Below are positions 27,137 to 42,100 of a stretch of 64,000 bases of DNA, one piece after another. Numbering within the stretch: the stretch's first letter is position 1; every line of letters starts with the position of its first letter. The stretch spans positions 22,074,001-22,138,000 of the forward strand of contig NC_087245.1 in the NCBI RefSeq assembly GCF_037042905.1, read 5' to 3'. The stretch comes from Lytechinus pictus (taxonomy: Eukaryota). Position numbers and translations under genes: made by a program. The notes under the pieces are model-generated. The model ran no database searches. It saw only the letters and a list, made by a program, of their open reading frames with translations, and was not told the origin of the DNA.

Positions 27137-30100
27137 CGTTGCCTCCTTCTCCGCCATCGGGGCCATCATATCATTACTTCATCACTTCTCCACACGCTGA
27201 GCGCGGCTGAGCTGACAGGATTGTTGCATAACACCGATCGAATTCGGTGAAAGTGCTAGTGAAATCGCGGGAAGTTATTCAAAAGCGCGGGCCGTTGAAA
27301 CTCCAAGATCCGAAAGTGCGCATGCTCTGAATATTGGGCTTGTTGCCTCGCTCGAGCAGGAATCTCTCTTATTGCGATGGTGGAGACGGGGTTTCTTGAA
27401 TCTCGAGATTAATCGCGAAGAGGGCTGATCGGGCTAAAATCTCGAGATTGAGCAAACTCGGGATGGTGCTGCACCGCCTATGGTGTATATCTTGTATTTT
27501 CATACAAGATTAGAAAAAAAAATTACTCTATGATATTGATACCAAAAGACAGTGATTGAAGTTTGATCTCAAACACAATCGTATTCTGAAAGCCAAAATT
27601 TATCTGTAATGAGAAAGAGAGAAATGGGAAGTCTCCTTCTTTACAGGGCCAAACAATTGATTTACTTTCATCAGCTACATGTACATGAAAATAATATCTT
27701 ATCAAAAGCTTTTTACTCAGTCATAGTCTGAACTTTGGTTAAATTGCTTTACACTATCGTGATCTAAAACATGTTCCAGAATATTTTCAAATTTGCAGAT
27801 TTGCAGTATTGAGATGAAATGAAACTATCAAATAATTATGTAGTAGAAACTGTCTTGAAATCTCAATAGTTTTATTGTCTAGAAATAAAGAAAAAGCATG
27901 AATTAGCCAAGTACAATATGTAAGGACAATACAAAGAAAGTGCTTTTGATATTTGTTGTTTTCCCATAGTGTATTAGGGCACAAACAGACAATGTAGAGG
28001 ATATATTGATTTTAGAATTAGGTTCTCAACTGCAACAGATCTATACTTCAAAAAGGGAAATGATCCCTTTTAGTTTGATAGGCATGCAAGAGACTGATAG
28101 AGGTTTTAACAATAGTAAAGTCAAATGATAATTGTGTTTTATTTCAATATTCATGTGCTATGATACTGAATACTAATCACTTCATTATAACAAATCATTA
28201 TTACGACTTCAACATGTATTCTTTGCTCTTTTTTATTTTTTCTCTGCAGACAATTGGAAGAATAGAGAGTTTGCTTCTTGGTATATACAACCTGGTAAGA
28301 ATAGTACAAAAAATAGCTGTCAAGCTGCCAAAATAAATCTGTTTCCTAACCGGATTATTTTCGTAATCACTTCTGAGTATTTATTTCTTTATTCATTTCC
28401 TTTCTCTTTAATGTGTTTTCTTTTCTCTGTCTTTTTTTTTTTTAGTTAAACATTCCCATGTCATAAAAGTATGCCTTAATTCTTTAAATGTCTTCCCCTC
28501 AATTGTATTTATCAGGTCTTTTTATTGAGACTATCTGATCGTGATATTCCTCATTATGGTTGCCTCTTTCATTCAACTATAATGTTCTCTTTTACATACT
28601 TTGATCCATAAATTTGTTTGAAAAAGATTGTTTAATGAAATGCGATCAGCCACACTGTGACCTTTGAATTGCAACATATAGTTCCTTCCCTAGACACTAA
28701 AATGCATAATGTTCAATTTACATGTTATGAACCATTAACATGAGAATGCCTGAGAGCATTTTTATCTCCCTACTTGTGTGGGTTTATCAGACCGAGCAAG
28801 TTGAGTGCGAGGTGCCGGAATCATGTTGTGCGGTAATGGGATACTGCGCTGTTTAATCTTACTGTAACAGCTGACTGATATATCAAAGCAACCATTAAAG
28901 ATGATATTCAATTCCATTTATTGCATATTGTTCCATGCATGTCACATGAAATATTAATGATGCAATGGCAAAGTCAGGTCTGGTGTTGTGGGAATTTTAC
29001 ATGTACTCATTCAGAGAAAATCATAAAATATCCATTAAAATGATCCAAAAATTATACATGTATGTCATGCAAATGAATAGATAATGCATCCATTCTAACA
29101 AATAGAATGAAAAAAAATAAGATGACAGTTTAAAAAATGATAATTTTAAAAGGTTTCAATTTTTGTTACATACCGGTACTTTAAAAATCAGGTTTGAAAT
29201 GTCAGTTGTCATACATCCTGTATAATGCCCTGATATTTAAATAGAGAAAACAATCATGGAGATGAATAACCTTTAAATATCTCCTAATGATTGACCTTTT
29301 CGAGCTTCATGTGTATTAAAGTTAGAATGACATATGTGCATGCTCTAGCATATTACATTTCCATTTTTATTATACATCATTATGCCATCATCCATACATT
29401 TGTCATAATTTATTGCAGATGAGATTAATTTGTCTTCAAGTACCACCAGGGAACTATTTTTGTCCTTTTCCCCATTTCTCCCTACCCTTCCACCTCCCCA
29501 TGGAAAAATAATTCTTTCCATGAATTATTATTGTTTTTAATATTTGAACTAATTTTGAATCTCAGAAATTTCTAAATTCCCCTTCTCTCTTAATCTTCCA
29601 TTTTTTCTTTTCTTTTATAATAATAATGATAATGCAGTTCTTATATAGAGCATTTCAGACCTGAAAGGTCTCTCAATGCACTTTACAGAAATAAAGATTA
29701 TACAACATAAGGAATTACTTAAAATAACACTTAAACAACATCAACATTAATCAGTTACATACATGTATGGCATAAGTATTGGGAATGGTCTATTTGAATC
29801 TCTTTCTGTTCCTCAGTTTTCTGTGCTATTCTTGTGTTGTTGTTGTTGTTGTTTTTTGTAGCTTTTATATGGGTGAAATTGAACTATTGCATGTTTTAAC
29901 AGAGAAAGTTGAAAATGGCCATTACTCTACAAGGTCTCTGGCATTAATGTTGAAGCAGCTGTGCAAAGGAAAACAAAGATAATCATCACTATTTTCCTCT
30001 CAAATGTATTCACCCAGAAAAATAATATAATCATTATTCTTAATTTTGTTGTGATAATGGTTGATTACCAATGAACAGTCACCATATTTTCCCCTTGATA

Positions 30101-33100
30101 TCTACGATTTTCAGTGCTTTGAGATGTACATGTATGGTTGAGATTATGGGAGCGTATGCTTGGATGTATGTTAGAATTGCATAGTCATTTTTAGATTTCA
30201 CTTGTGAAATGATTATCAAGCTGATATATTCAACACATCTCCAGACTCGAATTGTGAATAAAAAGAACGTAATCAAAAGAATCAAGGCTAAGGTCAGAGC
30301 ATAGGCCTACTTGTAAATCTAAATGCCTTTTCCCAATATTAAAGCCTGTTAAAAGCTTGTTTGCAAGATCATTGCCATGCCACTTTTACACTGGGGAAAC
30401 CCCCTCCACACAGCCTATAAGAGCTATTGCCTTACTTCCAATGACAAATTATCAGTCAGTTTAGAGTTGTTGTTTTTTGTGTGACTGAAGTATATGCGAT
30501 GTAAATTTACATGGGTGTACATTGTATATTGGAATATCATGTTAATAACAGAATATTGACCTTTACATTATGTATTGGTGATTCTGAATGAAAAGTTGAA
30601 TTTAGCCACTAATCAGACAGAGCACCTTCCTACAAGTATGTAGTAATGCTTTCATTTGCTTTTAATAAAGACCCTTGAAACACTTTAAATATTTAAAAAT
30701 GGAGGGATTGAAAATGGAGGGATCCATCGATTTGTTTTCCTTTAATACCTATAATAGTTTTTGTATTGATCATATTTTTACATGTGTGTTTCAGGATTTT
30801 AGGATGAACTCTTTCATTTTATCTGATAGTGAATTCAAGCTTAAGATTTACCAAAACTTACAGTAATGCTGTGGTTTGTGCAACTTGACCAGCCTTTCCA
30901 AACACGAACCATGCACTTATATGTTTACTGACAGTTTGACTTCTATAGTCTTCTATCATTTATTCATTCAATGTTGCAATTGTAATTCATCTACATATAG
31001 TATGCTGGTGTCCTATAAAAATACTCAGTGGGTTGTAGCATGCATCTCGCTGTCCTGAGCTAGCTCACGAGACCAGCTAATCTCCAGACACCCTCAAAAT
31101 AGACCATTGGTTCACGGTGTGATCAATACTGATTAATTCCCTTCAACTGCTTGCTTATCAAAACCTACAATCACCGTGAATACTACAGGGGCAATGGTAG
31201 TGCATTTCATTTTAATATCATACATGTACTTGTACAGTATGTTGCTTACTTGTGGCTTAGCATTTTATATTGACTAATGTATAAAAAGGGTTATTGAAGA
31301 GTGATGAATTATGTAAAAAAAATGTATTAAAGATAGAATCACTTCATTTTTACTTCTTTACAAAGTCTTCCTTTCTACTCTGTAATCTTACTCCTCTCAT
31401 CCCTTCCCCTTTATCATTAATTTTTCTTTCCTTTCCTGCATCTTTCATTTCATTATGATTTTCTTTCTTTTGTTATGTATTCTTCCTGTGCTCCTCAATC
31501 ATTGTCCCCCTCTTCCTTTTTCTCCTCTCTCTCCTTTTCATACCCCTCCCTCCCCTCCTCCACCTCCCTCCTTCTCCCCCTCTTCCAACAATAACTCAGA
31601 CTATCGTTTTCAGTCTCTTCAAGTTCACACCTGCATATTAAAGTAATATTGCAAAGCTTTACAGAAGAATGATATCAGAGTGGTAAATTCATTACCCTTT
31701 CTCTCCTCATTATTCCCCAATGTACAGGAGGTTGTAGAAGCTGATGGAACTCCCAGAGCAGAGACATTCACCATTCCAACATTGGCAAGGCCATCAATAT
31801 TCCATGAGGTATATTCCAAAGGCCATGTTTACCCTGGTGTGACCAAACTGTTTGGGAAGGGAGAGGGAAGAAGTATTTTTTTTTAGATTCGTTATTCAGA
31901 TGGTTCAGTAGTTCGAAAATGGAATAAGGTTCATGTAGTTCACTTAGTATTAATTTTGTAAACCTAATTTCATTTTCAAACTATCAAACTTTCCAATTTT
32001 TTTTTCTTTTGATCGGCATAGAATCATAAGAAATGCTGTCACTGAGGACCCTGTAAAAGTGGTGTATATTGTAAATATACATGAATCATATGATTTTAAT
32101 GTTAACACAAAAATAAACGATGCATATACATGTACAATGAATGTGCTAATAAAAAAAACACATGAAATATGATCATTTGGGTATCAATGTTTAAGTCATG
32201 TAGATCCTATTGAGGTTGATACTGCAATGAAGTAAGTGGAGCTAAAGGCTATATGCATTTTTATGGCTTACAAGTTATTTTTTGTTTTAATAAAAAAAGG
32301 CTTGGGACAAGCGTTAGTGACATTTATATAGAGAGGCAGGATGTTATTATTGTTTCCTATGGTTTTCTGTGTTGTTATGATAATCTACCACATTATCAAG
32401 AAACACGAAACTCGAAACACTCCCCTGGAGGGTATAATAATCGTAGAAAAAAATGAACATGTGTTTGACAGTGTAGTAAATATTTGAACGAGTTCCAATC
32501 AAATGTATTAGCTTTTTATATTTTTTTTAGATGTGTTATTTCATATACAAGTTTTTAGTTTAATAGGCAAGCTGTTCTACACCATACAAATACATGATTA
32601 TGTGAGTTGAGGGTTGTTCAAATAAGGTATGTGATCTTTTATTCGAAACTGGATGCATTTTAGTGACCTTTTTATATTATACAAACTAGGTTTTCAAAGA
32701 TATTTAGTTGTGTTTGAGTTATATTTTTTGATGTAATCTGTTGTAAAAATATCTTTCAAATCACAAAATTGAAACAATGAAAATTTACATTTTGTAGCAT
32801 GATTCTATTAAGCATAGCCACATACCTAATTTCTTTAACACCTCAATGCAATGTAAATCCTAATTGTGATTCCAAGGCATCATTATATTTGGCCTACTTC
32901 AGGGCCCCGTCTTACAAAGAGTTACGATTGATCGGATCAATTGTAACTCTATGGAAATCCATCATTGTCATAATTTTTTTCGCCGAAAAACTTGCACAAT
33001 GTCCTCTGTATGCAAAGAGAAGCGCAGTGAATTTTCAAGAAAACAATGAATGCATGAATATACATCGTAGCTAGAAAATATTTTGAACAAACATGCATAA

Positions 33101-36100
33101 TAGATGATGACTTTGCTGGCTGTCCAAAGTTAAGATTGATCGGATCAATTGTAACTCTTTGTAAGACAGGGCCCTGGTCTGGGCATGATGGGCACACCTT
33201 AAATTGACCTTAACTTTCTTGATCGAAATGTGCAGTACAGTGTGCATTGCAGCAGTGGCACGTCTTTGAACAAGGGAGAATGAAAGGTATTCCTTCAACA
33301 CTATGCAATAGTATCCATTTACTGTTTTCCATCTTCAGAAAATTTCAAAATGCTACCTCTGATTAGTCTGCAGGCACAGACCCTTGGGCCCATATTCTGA
33401 AGTCGGGTTTAAAGTTGTCGTTTAAGTATGGACAGCCAATTGTTACATGATACATGTAAATCACTAATGGTAGAGATATCATATTTCAGCTTATTTGACT
33501 CTCAAATCATTCATAATTGTCTAGGAAGTATAAATAGATGATTGTCTTCACCATCGATGAATCAGGAAAGAGCAAAGTAAACATAAGAAACATACAACTT
33601 AAAGAGGAATCCAGCCTTGGCCATTAAATGTTGTGTTGGGAAGGAGAAAAATAAATTAAACAGAATGGTGAAAGTTTGAAAGAAATCGGACAAGCAATAA
33701 GAAAGTTATAGCTGCTTTAAAATTGAGATCACTAATACTATGTAGATTTCAAATTGGCAACTGGGTAAGTAAACTATGACAAGGGGCAAGGGCAACTTTC
33801 CCATAGGCCATGTACTTTATTATCAGGGATTTGTGGTTTTCTCTTAAGTACCCATTCCCCTGGGGCAGTAATCTAAATATAACCCAGGTAGTATATTGTT
33901 TTATGTCCTCATGAAGGAAAAATATAATTTGAAATAAAACTTTTGGGGAAAATGACGTTTTAGCCATAATATGTATTGGAGTACATGGAAGAGTAGTCCT
34001 TGCCTTACATCATATGACATCCCATATGTGGCCAATTTGAAGTCTCCATGGGTGTAGTGATTACCAATATTTACAACTTATAAAAATTCATAACTTTCTT
34101 GTTATTTGTCCAATATTGTTCAAACTTTCACCTATCAACTTGTCTGATTTTTCTTTTTCATATAAAAACAATTTTTTATTTGGGTTGGATTCCCCTTTAA
34201 TAAAAATTTTGATATTTTTGCCTTCCCATAATTTTAGCACAGAGTCAGTTAGGTCTAAGTTAAATCTGACTTCAGAATACAGGCCTTGGTGTTTGCAATT
34301 TGCATACTGCATAATGCAAAGTCTGAAGTGGTGAGACTAGATTCACTATGTATAATGGCTGGCTCTTATTTGATACGGACAGAGTCTTTGGAGTCTAGTC
34401 TTCACTCTAGCCCTGTTATTGGTTGAAGCATCAAATATGAGTCTGTACTTGTAGGCTAACCTCTGATATACATGTACATCTAGAATATATATTAATGGTT
34501 TGGTCATTCTTGTCGAATCTCCCTGCAGCCGATGAGTCCACTGTCGCTGTCTGATAATATTCTTCTCAGTCATCAGAACGATCATACTGTGCTCACCAGA
34601 GGGCCTCTTCCACAGATCAGTACTGTCAACGGTCAGAACAGGTAAAGTAGAATCCTCATCTAATTTAGCCTTAGCCTGTTCCTGGATAATACCATGTCCG
34701 GGCCCTGTCGCAGAAAAGTTACTGTTATGGTTAGGCCTGATTATGGTAACTTTCCCATAATGGTAACTTCCATTGTAACAGTGTCAAAAGGCGATGGTAT
34801 ATACTGGCTGTAGTTGGGTTTTGTAATGTGCAGACTTTTCGTCAGAGCAATTATCACTGTAAAAAACAGGGAATCTTAATACCCTGTAATAGACACAATA
34901 GAGATTCTCATTTAGATTTTCAAAATGTTTATTGTTTCTGTTGTTATATGAGGGTCTAACCATGGTCAGAAAGAAAGCATTTCTCTTGATAGTTTATTCC
35001 AATGTTTCCTTCAAAACATTAGGAATACCTGTTGATAAAACCTGCATATATTTGCTTACTGTTGTACTCTCTGTATTATTATATTTACGATTTGTTTATT
35101 TCATTTTCCTTGTTTTATTTTCAATGACCTTTTCCTATTTCCTCATAAATTAATGGTTTTGCGATAAACAAGCAAGTACTCCCAGCACAATATGAGCACT
35201 TTACAATTTCCTTTACAATTTCCTGTACATGAATTATGTGCAGAAAGGAATGACTATTAACAAAATATTTGTGCCATGCAGGATTAGATGGAAGCAGCTT
35301 GTACCTGGTGCTGAAGATTAGTTCTCATGTTCATCTTGCTCCTTTTTGCAAGGCAATTTCTTTTTATATAGATTTTATTGTATTATTAAATAGAAAAAAA
35401 TTCTCAAGGTTTAGATTGCTTTACTCTTCAAATATGCTACAATTATCATTATTGTACCATTATTTTTTATTCTTAATGAACATGAATATATCACGTCATT
35501 TTGATTGATAATTGCAAGATTTTATTATTGTTCAGTTGTTTAATGATTTGTTTGAAAATTATTATCTGCGGTGTATTTCAATTTTTGTTATTCTACTATC
35601 ATAAAACTTCATAAAGAACAAAGTCATTTATAAAAAGACGTTTGTTTTAATACGAAAGAAAAAAATTATTCAATTGAGGGCAAGAAAGGAGTATTCTAAT
35701 AAAAGATAGTGCTATGGTGGATTAGCCATGGATATGACTATATTGGTTTTACATGAAAATATAAGCTATGGTCAAGGCTATTGTAATGCTTAAGTCTGGA
35801 TCACACCTTTGCATTCTAAACTGCGTATTGCTGTGTTAGCTGGGAAGAGCGATACGCAGCCTAACGCAGTATACTACGCATTAAAATATTTGTTGCAGTC
35901 ACACTTTTGCCTAGAAGCTGGTACAAAGTTGCACACAGCATTAGTGCTGTCGTAAGCCACTCACTGTTGCTTTTTCTTTTGCATTCTTGTTCACATTTTC
36001 TTGATGCCACTTGTCTTTGCTCTTATGAATTTTGGTTGAGTTCTGTTACAAATGTTTAAAAGAAAATGTCAAACGACCATGCTAATATGCAAGGCCTCTG

Positions 36101-39100
36101 CATTAGTCTGCTTATTGACCTTGTATTAGCTTGTTCCATTGCGTTGTGTTGCATTTGACTGCGATTATGTGCGTTCAGGCAATTCGTAGTTGAACGCAAG
36201 CCCGAACACAAGCCCAAAACACAAAAGTGTGAGCCATGCTTTACCCGATTGTTTTGTATTCAAAACTTACATGCTTTCCATTTACCGGTAAGCTTGGTGT
36301 ATATTCACTTTGTCTACTAGCAGATGGTCTGATTCTCAGATCTTCGCAGATCATCATCATAGCTAAACCCTTTTGATCTACTATGAAGTTTGTCCAATTG
36401 CCATTTGGTCTAACTATCACTTGGTCCAATACCATGCACATGCCCTCACTCTCATTTGGTCTAATGCCGAGGTGGTCTAATTACACTTTTTCTACATATA
36501 CTTTTTTTGCACTTGTCAAATGAAAATTTGGTTCATAAACAGTCCATACTTGTGTATGCTACAAGGTGTTGTTTAATAGACCAAGTGGATATTAAACGAA
36601 GTGGGTATTTTAGCATAAATGGAAGTTAAGACAAAATGGTAATTGGACCAAATGGAATAGTTTACGAAATAGTGGACAAACTGGTTTTAAGCAAAATAGT
36701 AATAAATCGTGTGGGAGGAGATAAACCGGAAAGTGGACAAAGCAGGTATAGACCAAATGGCAATTTGCCATCTTGGTCTGCTGGTTTCACAATGAAGCAA
36801 AACCTTATACTTGAATAAATCTTATAACCTTTCTTGTATTCCCGCAGGGGTAGTATCATATGTCATGTACTGGCCCAGTATAACGCTGATATAGGCTTCC
36901 TCTCTTCACTCTCACTTCAGTCCATGTGTGCAGTCTATTCAAGGTAATTATCCTGGTTTTCAGACCATTGGCTTCACTTATTAAAGGGCAAACCCACTTT
37001 TAAGATGGAAAAGGAACACAAAGGGGAGAAATATACTTGTACATAATTTCAATAGTGACAGTGTTACATATACATGTACATACAGCAAGGTCTGATTATA
37101 AAAGTATTGAGTTACAAATTTTGTCAGACACCAGCCACTTTGGTCATGATTGACAAGTAGCTTTTATATTTTAAAGGTATAGTGTATGATTGGTTGATCT
37201 CAGACAAGGGCAATGAATCAATTTTGAAATTATTACATTCATTAAATACCTATATTATTGCTCTATTTTATCACGGAAAAGAAACTTGCATAACTTTTAT
37301 ATTTTCATGATATTGAGGGGTGAAACATATATTATAACAAATATCGGTTAAACGAGATAAGGTTGAACTTTCCTATTGACGCCCTCTCGGGTTAAAAAAT
37401 AAATTGATATTAGAACACCGTTCGAATCATGCATATTCATTACGACCTCATGCATATTGATGAAATACGTCATGGCGCATGCGCAGTATCAAGAAATCAT
37501 CGTATCAACAAAGTGCAGTACTGTGTGTGTAGCTGAGTAGAAAGCAAACATCGAACGGTGCGTGCAAGCTCAATGAGCCGATGCTAGCCGGCTAGCGACA
37601 TGCTTGCGCTCTGCATTAGTTTCAGATATAATCCACTATTAGCGATTGCACACACAGGATACTAGTAGTTTCAGGATTGTATATCGTACGCGTGAAAAGG
37701 GATTCAGACACGTTGAATATCTGACGTGAATGACGAAGCAAAGGATTGCCCAATACGGCTTACTTTTGGAATCTTATGTCATGAATCTGAAAGTATACTC
37801 CAAAACTAAAAGAGATACGAGAATCCCAGAGATGGGCAAGGGCCGAGTTCCGAGTTTGATCTTTCTTCATGTGGATTGTAGCTCTTTTATGCACCTTTTC
37901 CCTTCATGTATAGCTTGGCGTGCTACATACGGGAACTAGAGCGAGGAAAGGGGGAGGGAGGAGAGAGAAGAAAGAAAGAAGTGAATTAGTGGAAGAGAAT
38001 CAGGAGAGCCGTTATAAAGGGATCTGAATACAACCATGGACCTATTCGTAATAGGTCCATGATACAACATACCCTAATTTGATATTTTGGTGGGTTTTTT
38101 TATCTTTCCTGAATGTTTCAGTCAGTTTCAGATTATTTGGCTCCACTCGATCGCAAAGTACAGAGGAGAAATTGAAAAAAAAAGGGAAACCAAAAATATT
38201 TAAAACTCTAAACAGACGGCCACCACCATTCTGTCTACAGCCAAGCATGAAGAAAGGGAAAGGCGAAGAGAAAAACGATTACTTTCAGGGCGGGTTCTAC
38301 GATATAAAACAGGGTTTGTTTAATACGGGGTTAAATATAGGCCTATAGTAAAACCATAGAGCTATTAACATAACGAAGATGAAACCCCAATGCAGGGTTA
38401 AATATAGGCCTATAACCCAATGCAACACTTGACTACTCTTCGTTTGTTTAGATTGAACTCGCGAGGTCAAAAGGTGAGCTGAGAAACCTGTTGATGCGAA
38501 GTACGTACGTATAGTCTATATTGTGTAGACCGTGATAGCATGATTGTGACAACGCATCAAGTTGCAGATTTCTATTATTTCTGTTAAACCGAGTTTTTAC
38601 CTGACTGCTAAGAAAGCACGAATGCCTGTGAGCAAGCAACCAGGGGACCAACGGCTTAAGGTCGAACAAGCAGAGTAAAGGCGTCATGAGTAAAAAAAAA
38701 TGAGGGGGGCAGACATGACGTCAGGGACAAGATTTCTGGGAAAAGTCTCATTTTTTGCATCCACACAAGAAAGCTTGCATCGAGATATGGAAAAATGAGA
38801 AGTTGAGTATTGCGCGGTGCTATGGTCTAGAACCGCTCTACGTATTCAGAGTTGTGATTTCCAGGGCCGACCAGCATACATGTAAGAGTTTTACAACATA
38901 ACTTTAAGGCACGCTGTGGGACAAAGTGAAACAACGTATGTGAGAAAAGACTAAGCAAACCTGTAGAAGCAGCAACGTACAACATGGACTCACGACCAGT
39001 CCATGGGTCGCCGAGTTTTTATGCAGTATGGGGAGGGGGTGGGGGTAGCCTACAATGATAATAATAAAATTTGTAGGGCGCTTTATACTTTATACAATCA

Positions 39101-42100
39101 TGGACCTGTTAGGTCCATGCTATAATCAAACCATCAGCACGACGAGTGGATGGATGACTGAAAGAATGGATGGATAGGCATATATAAATGGATCATCCAA
39201 TTGATGTATTTTCCCAAGAAATGGATGGTCAAAGAGAATTGGATACAAATGATGCAGCAATAGATAGGGGCACCCCATGGGAGATCAACTTGCTACCCCT
39301 TCATAGACAGTAAACAAGTAGAAAGAATTGATAAAAAGATGAAATTTTATAGCAACAAATGAGAGGAAGAAAGGCCTCCGGGAAAGGCCTACATGTATAC
39401 GCATACAGAGTGTGCACGAGCAGTTCAACCGTTGAAAAAATGTGAATGACTGCGACATGAGCAGGACAAAGACATTACTTTCCGGCATTACTTGCATCCG
39501 GGACTTGCATCTTGATTGGCATAACATTTTAGACTTATTTATCAATGGAATTGTAACTCCCATTTCCCTGTTATAACTATAGGAAAAACGAATGATAACT
39601 GTTGTTTTATAGACGTGGAAATTTATGCTTCATATTAGGACCAAAGAGATTCTGGCGTACGTGTCAATATTTCAAAACTCATGCGGGAAAATAATATAAT
39701 CATTTTTTATGATTGAAAAAAAAAGTGCCAAGTTCACACTGTCACGATTTCTTTTTGGTGGCGGTGCTGAGGTAAATTTGACAAAGCAAAAGAAAAACAT
39801 TAAAAAAGGTTCCAATACAAAATGTTGGTAATTTTCCTACATTTATCCAATTCGACACCTATACCAGAATTCCAGGGGGAGCTGCCTACATGGAAAATAA
39901 TGCACGCCGCACCCCATTGTAAAATCTTGGGGGTGCTTTGCACCCCCGGTTCCAAGGGCCATAATTATAATCGCGGAATAATTAATCGTATCAGATCAGT
40001 CGAGGCGATCGTATTGATCGTAGAAATGGTTGGAATGGTTCAACTATGTGGTGATGTGGCTTTTTTTGCAGGATTTTTTTGCATTTATTGGAATAATATA
40101 CAAAACAAATTTACAATGCTTGAGACATGATCATAATACAAGTGACAATCTTATATGTAGTGACTGGAGAAATACAATATATAAAAAAATATATATATAA
40201 TGAGTAAAATGCAGAGGCAAACTATATACAGTAAGCAAATATGTGCTTGAAGCATATAGCAGCCAAAATGAAAATGAAATTTCGAAACGAGTCAAAAATA
40301 AAATTTTTATTTTGGGGCAAGCCCCATCTGGCGACGTTTAATGGGTATACGCTTTTTCTGATCATGGACCCTGATGTACTTAATTTATGATGATGTAATG
40401 CACATGTGCTGCCGATGAAAATATAATATTTTGCCTTTATGGGTGTTTTACAACTCCAGGGGGATCAATGAGAATACAGTAATAGTTCTGAATACGCACT
40501 GAGAGAAGTGAAGGCCGGGGGGGGGGGCACTTCCATTGACGAGTGGATACCATGCGCGACCATGGGGTCTCGAAAAGCACCCAAACACGTATTTTCCATA
40601 TTCTGAAACTGCACCCCTTAACAAGTATTGGCGTCTCAAACCGACCCTTAACAAGTATTGGAAACAAAACGATACTCTTGGCAAGTATTCCCGAAATGAA
40701 CCCCTAAACAAGTACAGCGATATTTTATTGTTATGTCGGGTCCGTCGGTCGTTGGTTTTACCCTTACACATCATTATTTTGGTTTAGTACGGCCCCACCT
40801 TCCACAACTCGCGCAAGTCGGACTCTAAACACGTAGTGTTGGGGCAAAAAGGACATCCTTTATAAAACATTTTAATTTTGTTTCATCATCCCCGAAAATA
40901 TGACCCTAAACACGTAGCTTTCCTAGCAACATATATACCCTTTTTTCAATATTTTTTGTGTTTTTGACAAAAAGACATCCTTTTTACGTGTTTTTTGGGT
41001 CGCGCATGGTATCCACTCGTCAATGTAAGTGCCCCCCCCCCCCCCGGAGTGAAGGCAAAGCGGTCATGGAGCATGCAAGCAAACGAGTAATTATAATTCC
41101 TTGAATAGTCATACCATAATAAAGTTGGAGAGGATAATATTGAAATAAATAGAAAAATAACATTAAAAAATGCGAACATAAGGAATACACACAACCCCCA
41201 ACCCAAGGCTAGGAATTGTGTAAACATCGAAAAATACAGAAAGATGTTAGGAACCATGCTTGAACTATTCATGAAAACAACCATTGGCGTAAATAATAAA
41301 CGTAAAAAATATGAATTAAGGGGCCAGATATATGTGTCGGGCACAAATCATTTTTTATCGGTGATAGATTTTGACATAATATTCAGATATTAGTTCCCCT
41401 TCTCGCTTTCTTTTTGTATTGGCCGTGACAAATTTGGGAATCCATATAGCCCCAATCCTTCCCCATTATTTTGAACGCCACTGATTTCAACTGGATATCG
41501 TCAAAAAATATTGATTGATTGATTTTATTTCGCAAGTCACCATAATATATTTACAGTAGCATTAAAAACAACAGGCTTACACAGGATGACCCACGAAAGC
41601 TCTAAAGCTATTTTCCAGTGGGGAAATAGGCTTTACCTTGTAAATAAATATTACCTTGGAAATAAGCTTTACCTTGTAAATAAATATTTACAAGGTAGTC
41701 AAACTGACAGCAGATGCAGCGTGTAAACACAGTATGAATTTCATTACATGATAATAATAAAATGATAATTACGTAATGTCATGGGTAATGAAACAAGGAT
41801 GGGACGTTTTGTAATTCGCTACGCAGGCTTTTGATAGTAAAGCTGATGAAATACAGGGTTGAAAGTAAAATAATGAGAAAGACTGAAATGAAACGATCTA
41901 TTCAAAATATAAATTCCATGAAAGAGAAGCGATTCAAACAGAGTATTATATTGCGTTTACATTCCCTTTGATTCATATTATTTTGATTCCCTTTCAACAA
42001 TCTACTTCATTCTTTATTTCTTCTCTCTCCTCCATGCCCCCCTTCCCTTTCTTGGGGCGGCGGGGGACGGGGGGGGGGGGGGTATCGGATATGAGAAAGC

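Noticed and set aside
37730..39563. Short ORFs inside the 8-kb TTAA element as possible transposase or KolX remnants
   Set aside because: No THAP, DDE or KolX motifs could be recognised by eye; TBLASTN would be needed.
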